Below, piece by piece: positions 10,281 to 27,903 of a stretch of 64,000 nt of DNA. Numbering within the stretch: position 1 is the first letter of the stretch; each line of letters starts with the position of its first letter. A program made the translations under genes and the position numbers. Source of the DNA: Corallococcus sp. Z5C101001. GTDB taxonomy: Bacteria; Myxococcota; Myxococcia; Myxococcales; Myxococcaceae. The stretch spans positions 571,940-635,939 of the forward strand of contig NZ_VKLU01000005.1 of assembly GCF_007352635.1 (NCBI RefSeq), read 5' to 3'. Below the pieces are notes generated by a model, which had not been told where the DNA came from, did not search any database, and saw only the letters and a program-made list of their open reading frames with translations.

Positions 10281-11306
10281 TCAGCGCGCGGCGCGTCGCG
10301 CGGCGTCGGGCCGGGGCGGTCGCACGGGGAGGAGGCCCTCCACCTCGGACGCCAGGGGCAGTGCTGCCAACGCGCCCAGTTTCGTGACCACCCTCGCCCC
10401 CACGCTGGCGGCGAAGGCCATCAGCGCGCTCAGCTCTTCGCGGGTCGCGTCCTCCAGCGAACGCGCATCGCCGTACCAGCGCACCAGTCCGTGAAGCATC
10501 GCGGACACGAAGCCGTCACCCGCGCCGGTCGTATCGACCACCGTGACCTGGGGCGCGGGAATGGAGATGACCTCGCCGCGCCAGAGGAACACCGCCCCGC
10601 GCTCGCCCAGCGTCACCACCGGAAGCCGCACGCCCTGCCCCGCCAGGACGCGCAGGGCGTCCTCGGGCGTCGTCGCCCCCGTCGCGAAGGACACCTCTTC
10701 CTCGGACAGCTTCACCACCGTGCACAACGGGAGCATGCGCCCCAGGAGGACTCGCAGCTCCTCCGGCTGGCTCCACACGTGCAACCGCAGGTTCGGATCA
10801 CAGCTCACCAGCATCCCGGCGTCGCGCGCCAGGGTGAGCATGCGCACCATGGCCTCACGCGCCTCCGGCAGCAGCAGCGAGTTGGAGCCGCAGTGCACCG
10901 CCTTCGCGCACCGCACGAAGTCCCCATCCACGTCCGAGTCATCCAGCAGGAACTCCGCTGAACGCGTCCGGAAGTACGTGAACGTCCGCTCGCCGCGAGC
11001 ATCCAGGGAAACGAACAGCAGGCCCGTGCGCGCGTGGTCCACCTGCCGCAGGCGGCTCACGTCCACGCCGTCCGCCGCCAGCCGCTCCCTCAGGAAGTGG
11101 CCGAACTCGTCCGCGCCCACCACGCCCACCATCGCCGAGCGCAGCCCCAGCCGCGCGAGCCCCACGGAGACATTGGCCGGAGAGCCCCCGGGCGAAGGCC
11201 GCCATGCCTCCACGTCCCGCACGCGCGAGGCGCCGCCCGCCACGGGAAGGAAGTCCACCAGCGTCTCGCCGACACACACCACGTCCAGCGATCCGGCCTC
11301 GTGCAT
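10281..11306 (-). CDS. PfkB-family carbohydrate kinase (fructokinase/ribokinase-like)
   Basis: Has the GGxxxN N-terminal motif (GGSPANVSVGLARLG) and the C-terminal DTTGAGD anion-hole motif. Start MHEAG at 11306 follows a GAGGGGAAG Shine-Dalgarno. Confidence 0.8.
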   Translation of the reverse strand: MHEAGSLDVVCVGETLVDFLPVAGGASRVRDVEAWRPSPGGSPANVSVGLARLGLRSAMVGVVGADEFGHFLRERLAADGVDVSRLRQVDHARTGLLFVSLDARGERTFTYFRTRSAEFLLDDSDVDGDFVRCAKAVHCGSNSLLLPEAREAMVRMLTLARDAGMLVSCDPNLRLHVWSQPEELRVLLGRMLPLCTVVKLSEEEVSFATGATTPEDALRVLAGQGVRLPVVTLGERGAVFLWRGEVISIPAPQVTVVDTTGAGDGFVSAMLHGLVRWYGDARSLEDATREELSALMAFAASVGARVVTKLGALAALPLASEVEGLLPVRPPRPDAARRAAR

Positions 11307-11335
11307 GACTCTTCCCCTCGGGAGCGCGCGCGCCG

Positions 11336-12070
11336 TCAGTCCAGGCCCACCTGGGCCATGAAGTCCACGCTCTTGAGCTTGCGGCCCAGGTGGTGCGCGA
11401 TGAAGACGTTGAGCAGCCCGCGTGCACGGGCCCGGAGGTCCGCGGGCAGCGGCGTGCGCGCGCCTTCCTGGAGCGAGCGCAGGCCGGACAGGAGCGCCAC
11501 CGGTACCGCCACCGAATCGCGCGCGCGTCCGCCGCAGGGCTCGCACACGGCACCGCCGTGGCCCTGGTCGAACCGCGGACGCTCACCGGGCTGTCCACCA
11601 CACAGCGAGCAGGAGTCGAAGCGAGGCATCAGCCCTGCCTGCGCCAGCGCCGCCAATTCGAACGCGAGCAGCGACGTGGGGCCGGCCTCCTTCGCGTCCA
11701 GGCGGTGCAGATAGCCCTCCACCAGTTGGAACAGCTCCGGATGCGGCTCATGGTCGCGCGTGAGCTCGCGGCACAGCTCCACCGCGTACAGCGCCCGGGC
11801 GATGAGGGACAGGTCCTCGCGCGCCGCGTAGAAGCCCGCGACGATGTCCGCCGAGTCCAGCCGCACCGTGCTGCCGCGCGTCTCCACCAGTTGCACGCGC
11901 AGACGCATGAACGGCTCCAGGGCGCCCGCGAACCGCCGCTTGCTCTTGCGTGCCCCCGCCGCGAACGCGGTCAGCTTGCCGTGCTCGCGCGTCAGCAGCG
12001 TCACCAGCCGGTCGGACTCACCGTAGTCGACCGTGGACAGCACGAACGCATCGTCGGCGTACCGCTCCAT
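11336..12070 (-). CDS. recO: DNA repair protein RecO
   Basis: Begins MERYADDAFVLSTVDYGESDRLVTLLT, an OB-fold RecO N-terminus, and has a C-terminal CxxC...CxxC zinc motif (CSLCG...CEPCG). Confidence 0.85.
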   Translation of the reverse strand: MERYADDAFVLSTVDYGESDRLVTLLTREHGKLTAFAAGARKSKRRFAGALEPFMRLRVQLVETRGSTVRLDSADIVAGFYAAREDLSLIARALYAVELCRELTRDHEPHPELFQLVEGYLHRLDAKEAGPTSLLAFELAALAQAGLMPRFDSCSLCGGQPGERPRFDQGHGGAVCEPCGGRARDSVAVPVALLSGLRSLQEGARTPLPADLRARARGLLNVFIAHHLGRKLKSVDFMAQVGLD

Positions 12071-12079
12071 GATCCCCCT

Positions 12080-12466
12080 TCAACGCGCCACGGGAGACGG
12101 AAGCTTCCCGGACACCATCAGGAACAGGACCGCGCCCAGGAGCAGCACCGCCAGCAGCACCGCCAGGACGACGTACGCCCGCTTGCGCCGCTCCTTCTCC
12201 AACTGCACGGGCGACGGCGCGGGCACCGCCCGGTCCACCTCCTCGTAGCGCAGCGCCGCTTCCTCAGGCGACAGGCCGATGACCTGCGCGTACGCGCGAA
12301 TGTAGTTCAGCACGAACACGCGCTCGGGCAGCCGCTCCACCTGTCCCGCCTCCAGCGCGGCGACGAGGCTGGGGGGAATCTTCGTCTCCCGGGAGACGTC
12401 CTCGCGAGACATGCCGCGCAGCTCGCGCTGCTGGCTGAGGTATTTGCCAAAGTCGACGTGATCCAC
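12080..12466 (-). CDS. HTH (XRE-like) domain protein with single TM helix, RodZ-N-terminal-like
   Basis: An HTH segment (LRGMSREDVSRETKIPPSLVAALEAG) is followed by a basic stretch and a TM helix (AYVVLAVLLAVLLLGAVLFLMV). There is no periplasmic domain. Confidence 0.6.
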   Translation of the reverse strand: MDHVDFGKYLSQQRELRGMSREDVSRETKIPPSLVAALEAGQVERLPERVFVLNYIRAYAQVIGLSPEEAALRYEEVDRAVPAPSPVQLEKERRKRAYVVLAVLLAVLLLGAVLFLMVSGKLPSPVAR

Positions 12467-12487
12467 GGTCTCTCAGCGCCCCCTGGC

Positions 12488-13246
12488 TTAGAGGTGTTCC
12501 AGCAGTGAGCGGCAATCGTCCTTCAGCACCTGCTCGGAGGGCTGGGCCTTCGCCTCGCAGCCCGCGAACGCCTTCTTCGCCGACTCCACCTGCCCGAGCT
12601 TCGCCTGGCACACACCCTCGCGGTGGTAGGCCTCCGCGACGTCCGGGCACTTCTCACGGAAGTTCCCGAACTGCCGGCAGGACTCCTCCGTCTTGCCCGT
12701 CTCGTCGTAGATGATGCCCAGGTTCCGGTAGCCCATGCAGAAGTCCGGATTGGTGGTGATGGCCGCCTTGATGTTCTGCAGGGCGTTCGACGTATCGCCC
12801 TTCTTGTACAGCGCCCAGCCCAGGTTGCCCTGCGCGGAGAAGCCGAAGCGGTACTGCATGTCGTTGAGCGCCTCCTCGTACAGCTTGATGGCGTCGTCGT
12901 AGCGGCCCTGATCCAGGCGCAGGTTGCCCAGGTTGTTGCGCGCGTCGGAGAAGGTCGGCCGCAGCTTCAGGGCCTGCTCGTAGTGGGAGGACGCCTCATC
13001 GAGCCGCCGGAAGGACAGGTGCAGGAGGATGCCCACCGCGTTGTGGGCCTCTGGGTTGTCCGGGTTCTGCGCCAGCGCCTTCTGGTACTCCGCGAGCGCG
13101 TCCTGCACGTGGCCCTGCTGCTGCGCCTGCACGCCCAGGTCGTAATAGATCTCCGAACTCCGGCGCTCTTTCTCCGTGGGGACGTGCGCGCAGCCCGCGA
13201 CAGCGAGCACGAGCGCGAGGAAGCTGGAGGAAGCGATGCGGAACAT
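12488..13246 (-). CDS. TPR-repeat lipoprotein
   Basis: Internal ATG at 13246 gives MFRIASSSFLALVLAVAGC, a lipobox signal. Several TPR-like repeats follow (AEYQKALAQNPDNPEAHNAVG, YEQALKLRPTFSDARNNLGN). Confidence 0.75.
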   Translation of the reverse strand: MFRIASSSFLALVLAVAGCAHVPTEKERRSSEIYYDLGVQAQQQGHVQDALAEYQKALAQNPDNPEAHNAVGILLHLSFRRLDEASSHYEQALKLRPTFSDARNNLGNLRLDQGRYDDAIKLYEEALNDMQYRFGFSAQGNLGWALYKKGDTSNALQNIKAAITTNPDFCMGYRNLGIIYDETGKTEESCRQFGNFREKCPDVAEAYHREGVCQAKLGQVESAKKAFAGCEAKAQPSEQVLKDDCRSLLEHL

Positions 13247-13269
13247 GGGTGCCAATCCGGGATGGAGGT

Positions 13270-13734
13270 TCAGAACGCGGCCAGGAAGCGGCCCAGGGTG
13301 GTGGCGACGTTGCGCTTCTCTTCGGCGCGGGCCTTCACGGCGGGCACGAGCGTGGGCTCCCGGAAGAACACGGGCAGCGTCTTGAGCCACTCGTCCTGCT
13401 GCGCGGGGGCCGCGGCGCGCCAGTTCGCGTTGTCCATCATGAAGCCCAGCGACTCCACGAACGCGAGCGCGTCGTCCTCGTCCTCGCGCAGCTCATCCGC
13501 GGACTGGATGCGCCGGCCGGACACGTACACCGCGCAGTCGCCCGCCTCCACGAGGTACAGGTACACGAAGACGCCCGCGCCCTGCCCGCCCCGAAGCCCC
13601 ACCACGAAGGCCTGCGCGGGCCCCGCCTGCTTGCCGGGGATGGCCACGTGCGGAGTGTTGAGGGCCAGGTGCAGCGCGAGCACCTGGTCGCGGCTCGCGG
13701 GAAGGCCCCGGTAGCGCTCGTCGATGGTGAACAC
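13270..13734 (-). CDS. hypothetical protein
   Basis: 154-aa ORF with high GC3, packed tightly between neighbouring minus-strand genes. No recognisable motif. Confidence 0.45.
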   Translation of the reverse strand: MFTIDERYRGLPASRDQVLALHLALNTPHVAIPGKQAGPAQAFVVGLRGGQGAGVFVYLYLVEAGDCAVYVSGRRIQSADELREDEDDALAFVESLGFMMDNANWRAAAPAQQDEWLKTLPVFFREPTLVPAVKARAEEKRNVATTLGRFLAAF

Positions 13735-13767
13735 CGTCGTCTCCCTTCCTGAGCGCCCGCCCCACCT

Positions 13768-14454
13768 TCAGCGGGTGGTGAGGGTGAACTCCTCGGTCGC
13801 GTCCTGCGCGTCCGCAGCCGTCTTCTGGAAGCGGATGAGGGGCGTGTCAATCATCACGTTGCCGCCCCCCTCGTTGCCCTCGCCGATGATCACCTTGAAG
13901 ACGTTCCCAGGGGAGCTGCTGCGGCGGCTCCCCGCGACGACCTTGCGGGCCATCAGCGTCACCGCGTTCGGACCGGGACGCAACTGACTGGTGATGTCCA
14001 TCACCACCTGGTCCTCGTTATTGCGCAAACGGCGCAGCCAGCGCGAGTTCACATACACGTCGATGTCGAAGTCCGTCATCCCCGGCGTCGTCTGCTCCGT
14101 CACCAGCCAGTAGCGCTGCGAGATTCGGCCCGGCACGGAAGCCGGAGGAGTGGGCGCCGCGGCCGGCGCGGGGGCCTGGGCAACGCCCGCGTCCGGAGGC
14201 GTGGCGGCCGGCGGAGGAGGCGTGGCGGGAGGCGTCGAGGGCGTGGGGGTCACGGTCGTCACGCGAGCGGCGTATCCCGGCGCGTCGATGTGGACATTGC
14301 CCTCCGCGTCGATGCGGACGGTGGCCTTCTCGAAGCGCTGGTTCTTCACGCCGTCGATGTTCACACCGTTCAAGAACACCGAGCCAGCCAGGGCCAGCAC
14401 GGGAACGAGGGAAGCCACGAGGGTGAGCGCGATGCGGTCGGACGAGCGGGGCAT
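13768..14454 (-). CDS. hypothetical secreted/membrane-anchored protein with Pro/Thr/Ala-rich linker
   Basis: ATG at 14454 (GGAGGA Shine-Dalgarno) gives MPRSSDRIALTLVASLVPVLALAGS, a signal or anchor. A TPTPSTPPATPPPPAATPP linker separates two small domains. Confidence 0.55.
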   Translation of the reverse strand: MPRSSDRIALTLVASLVPVLALAGSVFLNGVNIDGVKNQRFEKATVRIDAEGNVHIDAPGYAARVTTVTPTPSTPPATPPPPAATPPDAGVAQAPAPAAAPTPPASVPGRISQRYWLVTEQTTPGMTDFDIDVYVNSRWLRRLRNNEDQVVMDITSQLRPGPNAVTLMARKVVAGSRRSSSPGNVFKVIIGEGNEGGGNVMIDTPLIRFQKTAADAQDATEEFTLTTR

Positions 14455-14625
14455 GGGGGCATTCCTCCAGGGAATCCTCAACAGTCCCGGGGGCTTGCAA
14501 CGACTTAGCGCACCCGGGGGAGCGGGACAAGGCGGGTGTGGCCCACCATGGAGCGCACCGCCGCCCCGAACATTCACCCCGGGGCCCGTGTTCCTCACCC
14601 CCGTCCAGCGGACTCGGACGAGGGC

Positions 14626-15387
14626 TCAGGGCGCCGCGGTCGGAGGCGCGCCAGACGCCTCGGGAGGCAGCTCCCGCTGCGCGAGCGCCCAGTCCCCGCC
14701 CAGGCCGTGGCCCTCGCGGAAGCGGCGAAAGTCGCGCCGCACGGCACGCGGGTAGCCGCGGAACTTCTCCAGCTCCCCGGCCCGCATGGCGTCCCGGATG
14801 CGCGTGGGGCCGGCGTTGTACGCCATCAGCGCCAGGTCCAGGTCTCCGCCGAAACGCCCCTGGAGCGAGCGCAGGTAGCGGATGCCCAGGCGCACGCAGA
14901 CGGCCGGGTCGGACACCACTTCCTCGCGCGACAGCCTCAGCCCTTCCTTCTCCGCCAGGAAGTGCAACGTGCTGGGCTTGATCTGCATCAGGCCCCGGGC
15001 CCCCTTCTCGGAGATGGATTCCTCCTCGAAGTCGGACTCCACGTCGATGAGGGCCAGCACCAACAGCGGGTCATACCCCGTGCGGCGGGACTCCTCGTCG
15101 ATGGCCTGCCCCAACCGCCGGCGCAACGTGAGGCCCAGATCCGGGGCCCGCTTGGCCAGCACCGCGTCGATGAGGACCGCCTCCTCGGAGGCGGACTCCA
15201 TCCCCACCACCTCGGGGACCACGGGCTGGGGGGTGGGCTCCTCCAGGAGAGGCACCACCCGCGCGGACACCACGAGCGCCACACCCGCGAGCAAGGGGAG
15301 CCGGGAGCACCCACTGCTCAGGGCATGCAGCCCCGCGAAGAACCGCGTCCCCAGCGACCTGCCGCCCGAGGCGGCGGGTCCACTCAC
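14626..15387 (-). CDS. lytic transglycosylase (SLT domain)
   Basis: Has the SLT catalytic motifs ESDFEE...GLMQI...AYNAGP. The GTG start overlaps the upstream stop as GTGA. Confidence 0.8.
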   Translation of the reverse strand: MSGPAASGGRSLGTRFFAGLHALSSGCSRLPLLAGVALVVSARVVPLLEEPTPQPVVPEVVGMESASEEAVLIDAVLAKRAPDLGLTLRRRLGQAIDEESRRTGYDPLLVLALIDVESDFEEESISEKGARGLMQIKPSTLHFLAEKEGLRLSREEVVSDPAVCVRLGIRYLRSLQGRFGGDLDLALMAYNAGPTRIRDAMRAGELEKFRGYPRAVRRDFRRFREGHGLGGDWALAQRELPPEASGAPPTAAP

Positions 15388-15734
15388 TTGCGGTGCTCCA
15401 GGGCCTGGATGCGTTCGGACAGACGCTCCAGGCGGGCGCCGAACGCCTGCAACTCCTCGCGGCGCGGCAGCTTCAGGAGGGTCAGGGCCGTACGGACCCG
15501 CTCCTCCACGTTGTGCTCCAGGTCCTTGCGGTGCCCCGCCAGGCGGTCGGAGAACTCACGGGCCTGGCGCTTCACCTCGTCCTGGCTCCAACCCGCCACG
15601 GAGGCCACGCGCTGCACCGCGCGGGAAGCCTCCTCTTCCGCCGTGTTCACCGCGAGGAGCGCCTGGCTCCAGATCCGCTCGAATGCCTCCGCCACGGAGG
15701 TCTTCTCTCGGGGGGCCTCGGTGTTGTTGTCCAT
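15384..15734 (-). CDS. phasin-family (PHA granule-associated) protein-like
   Basis: Small coiled-coil protein (MDNNTEAPREKTSVAEAFERIWSQALLAVNTAEEEASRAVQRV...). ATG at 15734. The phasin call is by resemblance only. Confidence 0.55.
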   Translation of the reverse strand: MDNNTEAPREKTSVAEAFERIWSQALLAVNTAEEEASRAVQRVASVAGWSQDEVKRQAREFSDRLAGHRKDLEHNVEERVRTALTLLKLPRREELQAFGARLERLSERIQALEHRK

Positions 15735-15835
15735 GAAGTCGCTCCGGGAGTACCCCAGGCCCTCTTGGAGGGAACCCAGGGCATTCAAAGGGGGTCTGCG
15801 ACCTAAGCACACCCCATGGGTGAAGAAAACGCTGC

Positions 15836-16297
15836 TCAGGCCCGCGGAGAAGACGCCGCGCCGCCCGAATTCTTGGCCGCCGGGTGGGCACGCCGGGTGG
15901 GCTTGAGGAGCACATCCAGCTTCTTCGACAGGCGACCCAGCTCGTGGGTGATCTGCTCCACCTGGGACTGGCTGGCAACTCCCACCGCCTCCACGACCTT
16001 CGCCTGAAGCCCGTCCAGCCGCTTGCGCAGCTCCGCGCCCGCCGCGTCCACCTTCTTGCTCAGCTCCACGACCCGCGGATCCACGCGCAGCTCACCGGCC
16101 TGCACCTTGGTCCACAGCGCCTGGACCTCCTTCGCCGCCACCTGGCCCCGCGTCTCCAGCGCCCGGAAGGCCCTGTTCGCCTCCCCCTCCAGGCCCTCGA
16201 AGCGCTTCTGCGCCTGCGTGAACCGCCCCTTCAGGTAGGCCTCCACGTTCTGCGTGACGCCCGTCTTCTCCGCTGCCTTCGCACTCGTCGTCGCCAT
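15836..16297 (-). CDS. phasin-like coiled-coil protein
   Basis: ATG at 16297 follows a GGGGGGGAG Shine-Dalgarno. 153-aa Ala/Lys/Glu-rich helical protein (MATTSAKAAEKTGVTQNVEAYLKGRFTQAQKRFEGLEGEA...). Confidence 0.55.
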   Translation of the reverse strand: MATTSAKAAEKTGVTQNVEAYLKGRFTQAQKRFEGLEGEANRAFRALETRGQVAAKEVQALWTKVQAGELRVDPRVVELSKKVDAAGAELRKRLDGLQAKVVEAVGVASQSQVEQITHELGRLSKKLDVLLKPTRRAHPAAKNSGGAASSPRA

Positions 16298-16390
16298 GTC
16301 GTGCTCCCCCCCGGCTGTTCCGGGTCTCATAACGTGATGCGTCAACATAACGCACCGCGACATGGTGTCAAGGCGACAGAATGTGAAGTG

Positions 16391-16437
16391 TGCAAAACGA
16401 GAAAGCCGCCGTCCCGGCATGACACCAGGACGGCGGC
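16391..16437 (-). terminator. rho-independent terminator downstream of rpoC
   Basis: 10-bp perfect stem gccgccgtcc/ggacggcggc (16405-16414 / 16428-16437) followed on the minus strand by UUUCUCGUUUUGCA. Confidence 0.55.
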
Positions 16438-16473
16438 TGGCTCAGGAAGCGTCAGGGACGCTCCGAGCAGGCA

Positions 16474-20682
<4,209 letters not shown>

Positions 20683-20814
20683 GTTGCCTCCGAAAACTTA
20701 TGAGCGCCCGAGGCGCCAAACGTTTCGGGCCCCCGCCCTGCACCCGGCCAGCCGCTCCCCCTACGAGGAAGCAGCCAGCCGGTCAGGCGGGCGCACCGGC
20801 TTCTTTGAAAAGGC

Positions 20815-25041
<4,227 letters not shown>

Positions 25042-25129
25042 TCGGTCTCCGGGGACGGCTGCTCGGGCGGGGCAAACTTCAGTAACGCGCGGCGGCGCCG
25101 GGAAATTTGGCAAATGTCAAATGGGCAAA

Positions 25130-25158
25130 GCCGGCGTCCCAGCAATGGGGACGCCGGC
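25130..25158 (-). promoter_or_regulatory. rplL-rpoB intergenic hairpin (candidate attenuator/processing site)
   Basis: 11-bp perfect inverted repeat gccggcgtccc/gggacgccggc with a 7-nt loop. On the minus-strand RNA it is followed by UUUGCCCAUUUGACAUUUG. Its position matches the known attenuator between rplL and rpoB in other bacteria. Confidence 0.35.
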
Positions 25159-25221
25159 CTGCTCATCCGGTCAGGAGGCTGCCCGGGATTTCCCGGAAGA
25201 ACAGGACAGCCCCTGTAAGAA

Positions 25222-25596
25222 CTACTTGATCTCGACGGTGGCGCCAGCCGCGACGAGCTGGTCCTTGATCTTCTTGGCGTCGTCCTTGTTGACGCCTTCC
25301 TTGACCGTCTTGGGCGCGCCCTCGACCAGGTCCTTGGCCTCCTTCAGGCCCAGGCCGGTGATGGCGCGGATCTCCTTGATGACGTTGATCTTGTTGGCGC
25401 CGGCGTTCGCCAGCACCACGTTGAACTCCGTCTTCTCCTCAACAGGGGCGGCGGCGGCGCCACCGGCGGCCGGGGCGGCAACGGCCACGGCGGCGGCGGA
25501 AACGCCCCACTTGGCCTCCAGCGACTTCACGAGCTCGGCGGCCTCGAGAATGGTCAACTGGGAGAGCTGCTCAACAATCGCGTTCAAATCGGCCAT
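25222..25596 (-). CDS. rplL: 50S ribosomal protein L7/L12
   Basis: Begins [32 protein letters not shown] and ends ...[14 protein letters not shown]. Confidence 0.95.
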   Translation of the reverse strand: MADLNAIVEQLSQLTILEAAELVKSLEAKWGVSAAAVAVAAPAAGGAAAAPVEEKTEFNVVLANAGANKINVIKEIRAITGLGLKEAKDLVEGAPKTVKEGVNKDDAKKIKDQLVAAGATVEIK

Positions 25597-25685
25597 GGAA
25601 CATGTCCTTCTGTTTGACTAACGGCCGGCGACCCAGCTGGGTGGCCCGACCGAAGAGGTTGCGGTAGAAAAACTTCTCGGAACGA

Positions 25686-26207
25686 TTACTGCCCCTGCGC
25701 CTTGTCCGCGTTGGCCTGGATGACCCGCGCGAGCTGCGACCCGGGGGCCGCGATGGTCCGAACCAGCTTGCCAGCAGGCTGGTTGAGCATGCCGAGCAAC
25801 TGCCCGCGCAGCTCATTGAGGCCCGGCAACTTCGCCAGCGCCTTCACGCCGTTGGCGTCGACCTTGTTACCGGCGACGACGGCGCTACGGACCTTGATGG
25901 TCTCCATGTCCTTGATGAAATCCATCAGGATCTTCGCAGGAGCCACCTCGTCGTCGTAGCTGATGCAGAGGGCCACGGGACCGGTGAAGTCATCGGAAAT
26001 CACGGAGACGGACGTACCCTGAGCGGCACGGCGCGCCAGCGTGTTCTTGATGACCTTGTACTCGACCTTGCCCTCGCGGAACTTGCGACGCAGCTTGGTG
26101 ACGGTCTCCACGTCCACCTTGGAGAATTCGGCGACAACCGCCGTCTTCGTCCGGGCGAACTTCTCGTGGAGCTCCTTGATCATTTCTTCCTTCTCGCTCT
26201 TCAGCAC
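25686..26207 (-). CDS. rplJ: 50S ribosomal protein L10
   Basis: The N-terminus LKSEKEEMIKELHEKFARTKTAVVAEF aligns with E. coli L10 only if the GTG at 26207 is the start. An alternative ATG lies at 26183. Confidence 0.9.
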   Translation of the reverse strand: MLKSEKEEMIKELHEKFARTKTAVVAEFSKVDVETVTKLRRKFREGKVEYKVIKNTLARRAAQGTSVSVISDDFTGPVALCISYDDEVAPAKILMDFIKDMETIKVRSAVVAGNKVDANGVKALAKLPGLNELRGQLLGMLNQPAGKLVRTIAAPGSQLARVIQANADKAQGQ

Positions 26208-26605
26208 CTTGACTCACCTCCTTCATGGCCCGACCGGACGGTCGGGCGTGATGCCTGGGCCAAAGTGGCAGAGCGAGAGGGGGGCCTCCGAGAGGCACCA
26301 CACCGCACCTCCAGTCTCGGCAGGGCTGACCTTGCGGCCGTTTGAACCAGGAGTGGATGGACGGCCCGACCGGTTGCCCGGTTCCCAACGGACGCGTCTT
26401 CTCCCTTCCAGGTCCCTGCTGTCATGAACCAGGTCGGAACGCCGCGTCTCTCGACATGGCGCTCCAATTGCAAAAGCCGGGGGCCTATACCCCCGGCTTT
26501 CGCAAAGATCCAGCACTTTCTATCGAACGGACGTTCAGCGGATGACGGGAGGGACGCTCCCCGTTGAGGAGCGCACCCTTCCCTACCCACCCGGGCACCC
26601 TGGGA
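26208..26605 (-). promoter_or_regulatory. long rplJ 5' leader (expected L10-L12 autoregulatory mRNA leader)
   Basis: A ~400-nt noncoding gap between rplA and rplJ on the same strand. In other bacteria this leader carries the L10(L12)4 binding site and an attenuator. The structure was not verified. Confidence 0.35.
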
Positions 26606-27319
26606 CTAGCGGTGACGCGCCAGGATTTCCGTGGTGTCGAGCTTGATGCCCGGCCCCATGGTCGTCGAGATGGCGATGCCCTTCAGGTACACGCCCTTGG
26701 CGGTGGCCGGCTTGAGCTTCATCACCAGGTCCACCAGCGCGTTGAAGTTCGCCTCGAGCTTGTCCGCGGCGAAGGAGGCCTTGCCCATCTTCGCGTGGAC
26801 GATGCCCGCCTTCTCCGCGCGGAAGTCCACCTTACCGCCCTTGGAGTCGCGGATGGCCTTGGCGACATCCATGGTCACCGTGCCCACCTTCGGGTTCGGC
26901 ATGAGGCCGCGGGGACCGAGCACCTTACCCAGGCGGCCGACGACGCCCATCATGTCCGGCGTCGCGATGACGGTGTCGAAGTCGAGGAAGCCCTCCTCGA
27001 TGCGCTTCTGGAGGTCCTCCGCGCCCACGATGTCCGCGCCGGCGTTGGTGGCCTCGGTGGCGCGCTCGCCCTTGGCGAACACGGCGACGCGCACGGTGGC
27101 GCCGGTGCCGTGCGGGAGCACCACGGCGCCACGGACCATCTGGTCCGCGTGCTTCGGGTCCACGCCCAGGTTGATGGCGACATCCACCGTCTGGTCGTAC
27201 TTCGTCGCGCGCGAGTCCACCGTCTTCTTCAGCAGCGCGAAGCCCTCGGCGACGGCGTAGCGCTTGTTGCGGTCCACCAGCTCGGAGGACGCGCGGAACT
27301 TCTTTCCATTGGTAGCCAT
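26606..27319 (-). CDS. rplA: 50S ribosomal protein L1
   Basis: ATG at 27319 gives [31 protein letters not shown], a typical L1. Confidence 0.93.
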   Translation of the reverse strand: MATNGKKFRASSELVDRNKRYAVAEGFALLKKTVDSRATKYDQTVDVAINLGVDPKHADQMVRGAVVLPHGTGATVRVAVFAKGERATEATNAGADIVGAEDLQKRIEEGFLDFDTVIATPDMMGVVGRLGKVLGPRGLMPNPKVGTVTMDVAKAIRDSKGGKVDFRAEKAGIVHAKMGKASFAADKLEANFNALVDLVMKLKPATAKGVYLKGIAISTTMGPGIKLDTTEILARHR

Positions 27320-27347
27320 GGCAGGAATCCTTGAGAGATGGGGCGGG

Positions 27348-27794
27348 CTAGCCGACGACGTCGATGCCCATGGAGCGCGCGGTGCCAGCAATGGTGTTCA
27401 TGCAGGCTTCGATGGACGCGGCGGTGGTGTCCTGGATCTTCTTGTTGGCGATCTCCTCGAGCTGCTTGCGGGTGATCTGCCCCACCTTCTCCTTGCCCGG
27501 CTTCTTCGCGCCCGAACCCTTCTTCTTCTCCGTGTGGAGACCCGCGGCCTTCTTGATGAGGATGGCGGCGGGGGGCGTCTTCAGGATGAAGGTGAAGGAG
27601 CGGTCCTGATACACGGTGATGATCACCGGGATGATCAGACCCTCCTTGGCCTCCGCCTGCGTCTTGGCGTTGAACTGCTTGCAGAACTCCATGATGTTCA
27701 CGCCCTGCTGACCGAGGGCGGGACCGATCGGCGGGGCGGGGTTCGCCTTGCCGGCGGGGATCTGCAACTTGACCTGACCTGTGACCTTCTTCAT
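27348..27794 (-). CDS. rplK: 50S ribosomal protein L11
   Basis: Begins [42 protein letters not shown]. Confidence 0.95.
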   Translation of the reverse strand: MKKVTGQVKLQIPAGKANPAPPIGPALGQQGVNIMEFCKQFNAKTQAEAKEGLIIPVIITVYQDRSFTFILKTPPAAILIKKAAGLHTEKKKGSGAKKPGKEKVGQITRKQLEEIANKKIQDTTAASIEACMNTIAGTARSMGIDVVG

Positions 27795-27903
27795 CGGCGG
27801 ACTGCTGCCTTTCGAGAGGGTGGTTCCAACGGGTCGCCAGACGGGACGACCCTCCCACCCGTTGATCCGCGCCCGTCACTCGGGCGCGGAAGACTGGGAA
27901 CTG

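Noticed and set aside
27795-27903. Hairpins in the nusG-rplK spacer as terminator or L1-binding leader
   Set aside because: Inverted repeats exist (caacgggt...acccgttg, gcgcccg...cgggcgc) but there is no U-tract and I cannot verify the L1 mRNA-binding mimic by eye. Left unannotated.
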